A stretch of 64,000 bases of DNA from Vicugna vicugna (taxonomy: Eukaryota), in NCBI GenBank assembly GCA_013265495.1, contig MU062353.1, forward strand, positions 498,648 to 562,647, written 5' to 3'. The notes below the pieces were generated by a model. It made no database searches. It worked only from the letters and a program-made list of their open reading frames with translations, and had not been told where the DNA came from. Numbering within the stretch: the stretch's first letter is position 1; every line of letters begins with the position of its first letter. The position numbers and the translations under genes are program-made. Below, one piece after another: positions 13,881 to 25,060 of this stretch.

Positions 13881-14317
13881 TGGTCAATTCAGGACCTACT
13901 GTGTGCTGGGGATTTTTCTAGTAGAAACAGTGAAGAGATTTTGTTTCTCTGTTACTGCTGTTGAGGGGATGGATGAACAGGGAGGACATAATTTATGCAG
14001 TGTATGAGAGAATGCCACATAAATTTATGCCTGTATTTCAGACCAGGACAGAATTCTCTTGGGATAATATGGTCTTGTTAAATTCTGAGTAAATCCAGTT
14101 CTTGCTTCAGTTTTTCTCCAAATGTAGCATTGTTAGGTATTAAGATAGAACAGAGGGACAAATATGTTATAGTATTTTTTTATAGACGGACAAAGCAATT
14201 AAAGGAGAATTTAGGGGAAAAAATCTCAGGCTAAAGATAAAAAAAAAAAAAGAAAAAGTAGCCTTATAGATAAGTTAATAAAGCTGATGTCAAGAAGAGC
14301 ATTAAAAGTTACCTCTA

Positions 14318-14497
14318 TTTGTTTTTTTTTTTTTAAGATTCCAAATATAAGTGATATCATATGGTATTTTTCTTTCTCTTTCTGGCTTACTTCACTTAGA
14401 ATGACGATCTCCAGGTCTATCCATGTTGCTGCAAATGACATTATTTTATTCTTTTTTTAGTGGCTGATTAGTATTCTATTGTATACATATATATATA

Positions 14498-14553
<56 letters not shown>

Positions 14554-14838
14554 CACACCACATCTTCTTTATCCAAAGAGGAAAGAAAGGAGGTGGGAAG
14601 GGATAAATTGGGAGTTCAAGATTTGCAGATACTAACTACTATATATAAAACAGATAAATAACAAAGTTCTACTATATAGCACAGGGAATTATATTCAATA
14701 TCTTGTAGTAACCTATAATGAAAAAGAAGATGAAAACAAATGTATTTATGTATGTATATGACTGAAACCATGTATTCTGTATACCAGAAATTGATGCAAC
14801 AGTATAAACTGACTATACTTCAATTTAAAAAAAAGAAA
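14318..14838 (+). mobile_element. 5'-inverted young L1 insertion (twin-priming architecture)
   Basis: Antisense ORF2-end/3'UTR segment 14318-14574 (encodes MSFAATWIDLEIVILSEVSQKEKEKYHMISL), then sense 3' end with A-tail. Degenerate TSD aaaagttacctcta (14304-14317, after tt) and aaaaggtaaccttcta (14839-14854). Confidence 0.85.
14484..14558. repeat. Compound microsatellite (TA)n(TG)17(TA)9 inside the L1 segment
   Basis: Read directly. 14531-14558 (gtgtg(ta)9cacac) is a perfect 28-bp palindrome. Confidence 0.95.
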
Positions 14839-16478
14839 AAAAGGTAACCTTCTAAAAGCAAATACTTGATCATTTAGCGGCATCAGCTATTAATGCTAGG
14901 AATAAAGAGCCTTTAATGGGAATCCATCCACCCATCTAAGACTCCTGAAATGGACAAAAGCTGTCATCGAGGCAAGACCTTCTGGGAAAGGAAGCTTAAG
15001 AGGAGAAACATGTTATGATATATTGTATCCGTGTCAGAGTTTTCTGTATTCCCAGCTAATTCCGATAAAGAAGTCAAAGCTCTAATGGTGACAGTAAAGG
15101 GGCCAGCTACCTAGAGCCCCTTCCCTCCACACCATTGGTGTAGAGGATGAGTTACAGCTCTTCCCTGGTGAAGAATGACGGCAGTGCCGTTAAGTGACGG
15201 CTCACCTTGTGAAACTCTCACTACAAGTTGCCCGCTCCTGTGCTGAAAATAAAACCTGGAAATGACTTGCAGAGAAGAGAGACTGAAAAGAGGCTTACGA
15301 TCTAGTTTCCAATGTTAATGTTTCAGTGCCCAAGAGGAAGTGTGATTTACAACTGTGCTTAATAAGAAAGTTGTTTCTTCATTACCAACATATTGCTACT
15401 AATACGAGTCTTTAATGTGCTTCATTATAAAACTTCAATAAAAATATTAAAAAATTTGGAAAACTCTATAGTTTTGTAACCTGTTAAAATTTGAAAGACA
15501 GGAGCAGAGGAAGGGAAAACAGGACATTTCAGCATGGTCATAAAACGTTCAGCCATATTGTATTAGAATCATTGATACCAACATGCAAGGTATTAGTTCT
15601 GACTGTGTCACTGATTCCAGAGGAGAAAGGGCTTGTGGGGAAGCAAGCACAATATCCGTTTGGCTTTAGGATCTGTGTTTTCACCTAGCGGAGTAAGCCA
15701 ATGCCACTTGGAGTACAGCAATAGTATATGAGACACTGGCTCCCAGTTTCCTGTATTTTAATATAGGATTGCATTTCATGAACCTAAGACATCGGGGTGA
15801 TCTGTGACTCAACCATGAGTTCTAAACTCTGATTCAATATGGGTATTTTAATAAGTGACTTAGTCTTTGATTTAATCTAGCCAGTTTTGACCATCCAGAG
15901 TGACCTTTTTTTCCCCTAATGTTCATTGATTCAGCAAATACATATTCATTCTGCCTCTGCTGATGGCTGGGAACTTTCCTCCTGTGGAAGGTATCATGGG
16001 GGAGTTGGCTATCACTGTTGTGACAGATGAGGCATCAGGCTGGAATTTCTTGTGTTTTCAGAGTCACCACTCCCCTTGCCCTTTGGGGCAGTGATTCTTT
16101 TAATCCTTGAATATGCTGCATGGTTGAAATTTTACTTCCCCATTTAAAGCCAAGGTAGCTAAAGCTGAGAGAAATTTTTAAAAAATTGTCCATGGTCACA
16201 CAGCTGGTCAGTGGTGAAGCCAGGATTTGCAGGATGTTTCTACTACCCTAATGTCAAGCTTTTCTTTTTCCTTTTGTTTATGAATACACACTAGTTCAGT
16301 TTAACCTGTGTTTCCTCGTAAATGTGTATTCCTTTACTATAGACATATATTCATCTTACTATTATTTCACTCTGAGCATTTCCTAAATTTTAGAATTCTT
16401 ATTTAAATAATAATTATTATTGTTGTTATTATTATATTATAATCTATTATTATTATATCAAACTATGGCTATGGCTCA

Positions 16479-16692
16479 CAGGTTGGCAAACTCTGGTCAT
16501 GAGCTGAATCTGGCCTGTCACCTGTTTTCTAAATCAAAAGGTTTTAATAGGACACAGCCAATCCCATTTGTTTGCACATTATCGATGGCTGCTTTCCTGG
16601 TCCAGAGACAGAGTTGAGTGGTTTGCAAAAGACACCATGGGGCCTGCAAAGCTGAAAATATTTACTATCCAGGCCTTTACAGGAAACCTCTG
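16479..16692 (-). mobile_element. MER58A
   Basis: caggttggcaaact..ggacacagcca..gcctgcaaagctgaaaatatttactatccaggcctttacagga. Confidence 0.8.
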
Positions 16693-16999
16693 ATACTGAT
16701 CATTTGAAAAATACTAGAAGGTTTTAATATTTCACATACTACCATAACAAGTTAATTTCATCACGGTAGTTTTCTTAGGGTGAGAGGCAGACGAGTAGAG
16801 TGTTTAAAGAGAGAACTTTTAATAATTTTAAGGCCTTGAGCCAGTTAAGTGAGACTTGGTAAGTCTGTTTTTTCATGTGTGTTTCATAAATGCTAGGATG
16901 ATGGTGCATGTATTTTTATATGAATTACTTTAGATGATCCATGTTAAGCACTTAATCGTGTAATGCCTGGCACCTTCTAAATATTCCCATTTGTTTACA

Positions 17000-17212
17000 A
17001 ACACAGGCTGTTTAGAGTTGAATCCTGGCTTTACAACCTACTAACTGTGTAGATTTGTGTCAGTGAAATAATCTCCGTGGCTCATTGCTTCCCTCTGGAA
17101 AATGGGATTTAACAATACCTACCTAATTTTAACCACTTTGTGAGGATTAAGTGAAGTAATCCACAGGAAACACTTAGCATGTTCCTGTTAGACAGTAAGT
17201 GCTCAGTTACCT
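17000..17212 (+). mobile_element. MIR SINE
   Basis: gttgaatcctggcttt..ctctggaaaatgggat..gtgaggattaagtgaag..acttagca..gtaagtgctcag. Confidence 0.8.
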
Positions 17213-19026
17213 AAGCAGCTATGATTGCTGTGGTTACAAGCATCATTTTGATTCTCCAGAAAACTAGTGTTTGCTACTAATTAGAAATGTCAAAGGTAAG
17301 CCAACAGAGTATCTTTTGAAAATATGAAAAGCCTAAATGTGAAGCATCCATTTTTATGAGAGAGCTGATATTCATGGACATATGTTAAGGACAAAAACAA
17401 CGTAAACTTGGTTTCTTGATTAAAATACCTTTTGTGAATGTACTGTATATTTAAATATCTGCAGTTAAATTTTATGTCTGGCTGAAAATTGAACCAAGAT
17501 AGCATTAAACACCACTGCATTTCAGGATAGAGTTTCATTTCTTGAAGATATTTTAAACCCCTTGGAAGTTCATCTTTTAAATGGACAGAGACACCGATAG
17601 AGGTGGCACTTTCAACATACCAGTATAATGATGAAGTTTACAAGTTTGATCTAAATGTAGCTTGCCTTGGGCTAGGTGACCGAACTCCACAGAATTAAAT
17701 TATTGTTCTTCTCCCTCTGGTAACCATTATACGTGAGATTTACCGCCATGCATTCCACCACCATCAGCGAGGCGCTCCTAGGTTTTGGGCGCTGCACCCG
17801 TTCCTGGGGTGCAGGGGTATGCGGGGGTGACTTGCTCAGGTTGCTTCCATAGCTGCACACTCACTCTTGGGGAGAAACCAGTCTCTCTGGCCTGGCTGGG
17901 GAGGAACTTTGGAGGCACAGGGGAAGGCAAGTGCTCAGCCTAGAGACAGAAGTTTCAATCAACTACAGCATTGCCAAGAAATTAGCATTTGAGTGATTTT
18001 TGAAGGAGAAGGGATTTGCCAGTTAACAGAGCACCAAATAGAACAGATCCAGGAAGTCTCATAAATAAATCAGAGCAGCTTGCATTAATCTCAAGAGCAA
18101 ACAGAGCTTAGCCTGATTCTCACGTCTCCAGGGTTACCTATTTGTAATGGACGTGCCACTTAGAAGGTATTCCACAGTTCACTAACAGGATTCTTGCTTC
18201 TCATTCACGTTTAACTTTTCGCAAAATTTGGAGAAAACTGTGAGCTTGACATGCTGCAAACGTGGAAATGTACTCACGTACCTTTGCTGGGGGCCTGGTA
18301 GCCGCACACTGGCCCACGATGAGACTAAAGCTCCACGTCGGGTTTGGGAACCGGGCAAAGAGATAGTGGCTGCTCCTATTGGAGGACGCCTTCACCTCTC
18401 TGTGTGTTATGACCACGGGCAAGTAAGATCCACTCCTGTTCCTGGACCAGAATCTAGCATCCTTTCTAATGATGTTGAGAGAACCGGCATCAGCACTGGC
18501 CATAGATGTGATTGGTGGCAGCCTATTATTTTGTGCCCCATGGCACTGGTCATTGATTTTGAGATGTTTGATATATGCTTTGGTAGAGGTGGACTAAAGC
18601 ATGGCTTTGACAAGCTTCTTTCCATGTGGTGTAATGGTCTCGATGTAACAGCCCGCTCAGAGAGTTAGCTTAAAATGTGAGAGTGAGAAACAGCCATATA
18701 AAAAATTACATGTGATGTGTGTATGTATATAATTTTCTATGTTTACTAACAAATTTATTGAAATACAAGTTGCATACCATAGACTGTAAAGTCAGTGGTT
18801 TAGTATATTCAGAAAGATCTGTGTTACCACATAGAAAATTATACTTTTGAACTTGATTTTGCTTGAAATTTTCCGTGGCTAGTAATGCTTTGTTTCCACC
18901 TTCCACACTGTTTTATTTATGTCAGGTTTCTTCAATTCAGTGTTAGAAGAGGAAGTAATCAGCTGAAGATACTTATTTTAATAAATTGTGTTTATTAGGG
19001 CAATGTTTATTTATGTCTATTTAATA

Positions 19027-19122
19027 GGGCAAAATTACTAAAATGCAGCATGAAGCCTGGTATTTACTTTTGGGCTGTGGTTGAGTTTCTCGACTCAGTG
19101 TTGTTCATGTTTTAGGCTGGAC
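19027..19122 (+). repeat. Copy 1 of a 96-bp local duplication (copy 2 at 20050-20144)
   Basis: First 28 nt identical (gggcaaaattactaaaatgcagcatgaa); about 85% identity overall by eye. Confidence 0.92.
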
Positions 19123-20101
19123 GTAATTTATTAAAGGTTTTATTATTAAAAATTGTTTAAATGTATTTATTAAAAATTCAGTAAAAATTTTTTTAAATCC
19201 CAGCCCAATTCAATTAAAGGCCAGAAACCACATTTTTAAAAAATACTGGTCTTTCTCAGTTGCTGTTCAAAAAATATACAAAGGCCTACAATTGAATTTC
19301 CGCAACACAGAGCTTGCAATTAAGAAGAAAAATCAAACCTAGTAAAAGAAATCCAGCAAATGAAAAAACAGTTCATTTAAACATGCATGTCATTTTCACA
19401 GGCACGCCTTTTTAGCTAATCCGCGTGTCCAATTGAGTAGACGTTCTGATTCCTTGGGCAGGTAGCACCTGTGTGTTTTAGGGGACATCTTTAGTTCCCT
19501 TGCGGAAAAATGCTTTCTGGAGTTTTTAAGCAGGGTGGGTTTCAGCCCAAACACCTGTTTTTCTCAGCCTTGAACCATTTTGCCCCACTACAAATTTATC
19601 ACCTCTTCCAATGTCTGACCTTTTGTGATTCTGTTAGTGGAAGAGTAAGAAGTCAAGAGGAATCAAGACTGAATCACAGCTGCCCAAATTTTGAAAATTA
19701 GGATACTCTCAGAATGGTACAAGGAGTTTTGAACAGTGCACCTTGTTAAAAGTGCATGGTATTGGCTTAATAATGGTAAGACAGTTCAGGTGTTTCAACT
19801 GTAAGAGTTACCTCCCTTCCTTAAATGTATTTATGTTCTCATTGGATATAATTTCTGAGAACAGAGGATGGGCACACGTTTCATGCTGTTTGCATGTAAT
19901 TTTAAGTTCCTGATGTTTCATGATGGAAGCAAAAAGAGACCTTTTGGCCAATTCTCATGATTATATCTGCTCTGGAATTTAACAGCATTTGTTACCCCGG
20001 ATTTCTGAGGTGTTGGTGACTACTGCACAGTAGCCTTGGTCTCGTGATTGGGCAAAATTACTAAAATGCAGCATGAATTCTGGTATTTACTTGGGCAGTG
20101 G

Positions 20102-20316
20102 CAGGATTTCTCAACCTCAGTGTTATTCATGTTTTAGGCTGGACAATTCTTTGTTGTGGAGATTGTCCTTTTCATTGTAGGATGTCTGGCAGGATTTATC
20201 GCCTCTACCCTCTTGATGCCCGTAGCACCCCCCAGGTGTGGCGACCAAAAAATGTCATTGATCGATATCCCTTGGCAGAGGGTCGGAGACAGAATCTCTC
20301 TGGTTGCAAAGCACTG
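20102..20316 (-). mobile_element. MER20 hAT-Charlie element
   Basis: caggatttctcaacctcag..aattctttgttgtgga..gcctctaccctcttgatgcccgtagcacc..ccaaaaatgtc..ggttgcaaagcactg. Confidence 0.88.
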
Positions 20317-21439
20317 GGCTGTGATACTGAGATCCACAGTGATGTCTAACTCCCCACAGTACCGTGTCTCATGTTAACGTTAGCCGTGACACCTCATTCC
20401 ATGCTTTGCACATTGTAGGTAGCAGTGGACATTTCTTCATTTGAGAAGAAAATGTAAAATAAGCAAAATATATGTTAAAATAAAGTTGATACTCAGTAAG
20501 ATAAACAGATATTTGATAAGATGTGTAATGTATAGTCTTATAGCTTAGAGAGATAATCAGCATACAGTTACTATTTTTAAAGAATTATATATGCATATCT
20601 GCCACATAGGTAGTGAGAGATGGAGAAAAATTGCCTTCCTGGTTTTGTTGTTTAATGCTTCCAAGAGAAATTCACTCTCCCCTAGTACCCTGTTATAAAA
20701 TAGCAAATGGTGGTTAGCATCCTTAGAGCAATCAAAGACACTGCTGTTCTGGGATGGAAGGTGCCCATTTTTTCCCGCTGGGTACCACGACAGAAGCAAG
20801 TTAAACATGGCGAGGTGGACATGCTCGGTCTCTCCCAGAAAAGGGCACGGAACTACAGGACCATCCTTCCAACTCCTGACTCTCATATCTAGGTGCATCC
20901 TTTTCTTGCAGTAACATACCGTGTAATTCTTCCTTACGGAGAAGTGGTACAAAGGAAATAAATTCCAAGCCTAGTGATCTTTCCTCGACCTTATGTCAGC
21001 TTTCTTCATCATTTTTCCCAATAAAAATAAAAGCTTTGATATTTCTAATGTTCTGACATGTTACAAGAACAATATCAATGAAATCTGGGTTTCTGAGAAG
21101 TCTCAGTTTTCATAGACTTAAATATGAGTGAGAAAAATATTATATTGGTGTTAGATTTAAGGCAGAAGTATTGAAGCGGCTTTAATTTTGCATAAGACAG
21201 AATTTCAGAATAAACGAAATATGTATAGATAATCTCTTAAAATTAAGTTTTTGGTATACGTATCTTTCAACTCTACTAAAATATTTATATACCCCACTTC
21301 CCAAATAGATGAACACTTCTTTTAATAAGCTAAAACTTGTAGAACTTTTTACTCATCCTTTCCCTCTGGTCGTTTTGGAAAGTGATTGATTGAATCTTAC
21401 ATATATACTTTTGATATTTCAACTGTACATAAAAGATAT

Positions 21440-21590
21440 GGTTGGTCGCGGTGCAAACATTAATACCTATACAAGTGACCTGAGGCATTTTCTAAACACA
21501 GGTTCTGAGATAGTAGGTCCAGGGTGGGTCCTGAGTCCCAGGTGATGCTGTCCTACTGGTTCACGGACTGACTACACTTGGAGAAATGCG
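21440..21590. mobile_element. Degenerate MER5-family fragment
   Basis: caggttctgagatagtaggtccagggtgggtcctgag..ccaggtgatgctg..tggttcacggact..acacttggagaa. Confidence 0.55.
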
Positions 21591-21850
21591 CTCTCGTAGC
21601 ATTGCATGCCCCCATACTGTGCAGATTTAGATTGAGACATGGAATAGGAAACTGCAAAGGAAAACCATTCTTATCTATGGTGTCATTATTCTTAATATAT
21701 TTTCAAATGTCACCAAGTGTGAAATAATTCTGTCTACATACTGAGTAATTTTATAAAAATTCAACTAAAAGACCAAGCAAAATAGAAAACCCTCACAATT
21801 TCCTGACCTGCTTAATTGTTACTAGTTTCTCTTGTGCCCCTATTTCTTCT

Positions 21851-22049
21851 CATTGGTGTGGTATGGCCGACTCCTGCTGCCTGTAAAAGCTGATTATTTA
21901 AGTATTGAGGATTTTTGTGAGCCGCAGCCATTGGTAGTGTGAAATCCCAATGATAGGTGTATTTACACCATGGAAGTCAGTAAATACTATAAATCAGAGT
22001 TTTGTTTCTTTGTATTTCTGGAGACAATCAGATTTCACAATACACCCTG
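21851..22049 (+). mobile_element. MER63A-like hAT MITE
   Basis: cattggtgtggtatggccg..gtatttacaccatggaagtcagtaaatactataaatcag..caatacaccctg. Confidence 0.7.
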
Positions 22050-24889
22050 CCTCTCCATCAAGAAAAACAAAAATTGCTTCCTCTCATTTCCAGCAAAGTA
22101 TATGACATCTGGTCTTAGAGTTTAGAGCTTCTTGTAATATTTTGTTGTGCTTCGACTAACCACACAGCTTGATGACAAATAAGTTTATTCCCATAGCAAA
22201 CGGGAAATAGAAGTATTGGGAAAAATAATGGTGCCGTTTTGTGAATACTCACAGCACGACAGTACTGATTAGTCTAAACACTTTACAAGTAGATCTCTTT
22301 CAGGTGGCGTTTTTATAAATAATCTGTCATCACGGAGAGATGTGAGAATTGGGTCAGGTATAATTGGAATGACACATGCCATGGATGGCCCTAGAGAATC
22401 AACACAATTCAGTCAAAGGCAAGCCAACTGCAGATACCTTCTAGAGACTTCCATTACAAATTAGCACCGTCATTTCGTACTGAATCAGTGATTTCATTAC
22501 CGTGCACAGCTGTTCCCATGATTTGTTTATAGATTTCAACCCATATTTGGGGCTTAAGTGAGGTTTGTCCTAAGACTTTAGTTCAAGCTTGCTTGCCGAA
22601 TTTTACACGCCTCTATTTAGTAAAATACGGTTAGTAGGTAATAAACATCTGATCACCATCGCCCTTGATCAGAGTCACTTTCTATGGGGCGTGTTTTTTT
22701 TGATTACTACTTCTTACTATTTGCAAGCACATTATAAATTCTCCTTCCCATTAAAAGTACATATTTCTGTTGTTGCAAAAAATACATTCTTGAAAAAATA
22801 ATCGATCTTTTAGTATTCGGACTTACGAAAATTTTCACGTCAGAATCAAACAGAAATTTGCCTACTTACCCTTCAACAATAAGGTGGATTCTAATCACTC
22901 AGGCTCTTGAAGTTTCAGTCAGTATATTTAGAATTGTAGGAATAACGTAATCAGGCTGAAAAGTAAACTGTTACAAAGCGACATAGAGGTCACCAGCCAT
23001 TTGCATTATTAATGGGTTGAATGATTAGGCAGATAAATCAGCATTTATTTGAAATATTAAAGATAAGCCTATTTGGTAGATTTCAATATTTCTGCCTTTT
23101 TCTTTTCTTTTTTTTTTTTACTGTTAGCATTAATTAAAGTGATCTGTTACAGGCCAAACTGTTTGTCTTCATACATTTTCCTTTCTACTCTAGAATTGCA
23201 AGATACGTCATTTTTAACTCAAATGAACTTTAATTATGTGTATATTCTTGCATCATATAGTAGAATTATGCTACTTTGGGTTTTTTTTTCCCACAATATC
23301 AGCATATGTAATTCCTAGATTTCTATAAATAACTCTTTAGTTTAATTGGTTTGATTATTCAAGTGGTTACTTTCTCAACATTTGTAAATTCAAACTTTAT
23401 ACATGCCACGTAATGCAGTTTTATTTTACATGCATTCCTATAGTCTGAGAATAGAAGAAAGTCAGTTATTAAAATGAAATAATAATAAAAAACTTCACAG
23501 CATGAAATTATTCTTTACTTAGTGCATTATTTAAATCTAATTATTTGCACATCTGGGCTTTTTAAGAAGGCATTATAATAACTGTACTCTTGAAAGTGGG
23601 GATTTTCTCCCCTTCCTGGTTGCGACTTTCACAACTGTCTTCATGCTGGTTTTTTTTTTTTTTTAGTGTAAAATTAGCTTTCTAAGTTTGGTTGACCACA
23701 AAACATTTTTGCTCCAATTTGACATCTATTCAGTTACTTTTTATAGTTAAGCTCTATATTTTGAACAGTGAACCGCATAATCATTTTATGTAATGCAGGA
23801 AGCTCTAACTTTGCTTCTGTATTCTGTTTGTACAGTACTGATTTTTAGATAATGGAATTTAGTGTTGAAACCAGCACAAATCTCAGCAAGGACCTACCTT
23901 ACAAAGACAGAAAATGCGTAAGGCTTGTTTTTTAAGCACATCAACTTTTTCATTCTGCAGTGTGTACACTAGCATTTCGGTTTATTAAATGGTCTTTTGT
24001 CTCGAAGGGTGAATAGAGCTGTTATAAAAGATGTGATAAGCCTTCTCTGCCAGCAGAATTCAGCTAGATGAATATTAGGAAATCTATTTGTGATCTTAAA
24101 AGTTTAAGGATTAAATTGAATAAACAAAGATTATAGTTCCCTGGATGTGTGTGCCTATGTTTCTGTCTAACTTTAAACATTCATTTTGAGAATTGTCTCT
24201 GCTTCGATTCTGGGCAGAATTTCTCCTTCATTATTACATGTAACATTTATTTTGAATAGAAATGAAGGTGGATTGGAATTCAAAAATGTATGAATTTAAA
24301 ATGTGACTCTTTTCATTTATTATTTTAGATTTTGAGGAAAGAATGACGATAAGAAAAAGGAGATGCATTTTTAATTTTCAGATGAATTCTGTTTGATGTT
24401 ACAGTTATGTAAGGTCTCATTTTACAAGCTCTACATTTAGTGGATGATTCTATAAATGATTTCCCACTGAGTGATTATAGCAATTAAGAGAAAACACATT
24501 TTTTTCACTGAATTTTTTTCAGGGTTTTCTATAGATTAGTAAGGAAGAAGTTTCTCTATTCAGAAAAATAATAATGTAAACATAAGCATTTAAAGTGTCC
24601 CTTGAGATTTTTTTTGTCTCTGAATCTAGTCTTGGCAGCTTTCAAATTATGTATTTCAAGACTTAATCCTTTAAAATTATTTAACTTTGTCAGAATCTTG
24701 ATTAGATAGATTTCCTGGTAATTTCTCATTGCTAGAAAGGAATTTAAAGGAAAGGTTCTCAAACTGAAATGTGTAGTCGGGGGAATTACTCTGAAATGAT
24801 AAATGATTCAAGGAAAGAGACAAGATTAGAATCCTGAGGCAAACTGAACTACCAACATTCCTCTTAGATGTTTCTTAATGTGACGGGGT

Positions 24890-25060
24890 TTTTTTGTTTT
24901 TGTTCTTGTTTTTTTCACATTTTGGGGGGATAATTGTAGATTCATATGCAGTGAAAGAATTCATAGAACGATATCCTGGATAGTCTTCACCCAGTTTTCC
25001 CCCACTTATAGTAATATATCACAACTGTGAACTTGACATTGATCACTTAACACTTCAGCC
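24890..25060 (-). mobile_element. Old L1M 3' fragment
   Basis: gataattgtagattcatatgcagt..tcacccagttttcccc..cttgacattgat. Confidence 0.6.

Noticed and set aside
18228-18668. 146-aa ORF
   Set aside because: TTG start, no domain similarity or splice context; the CpG/ACGTG content is reported separately.
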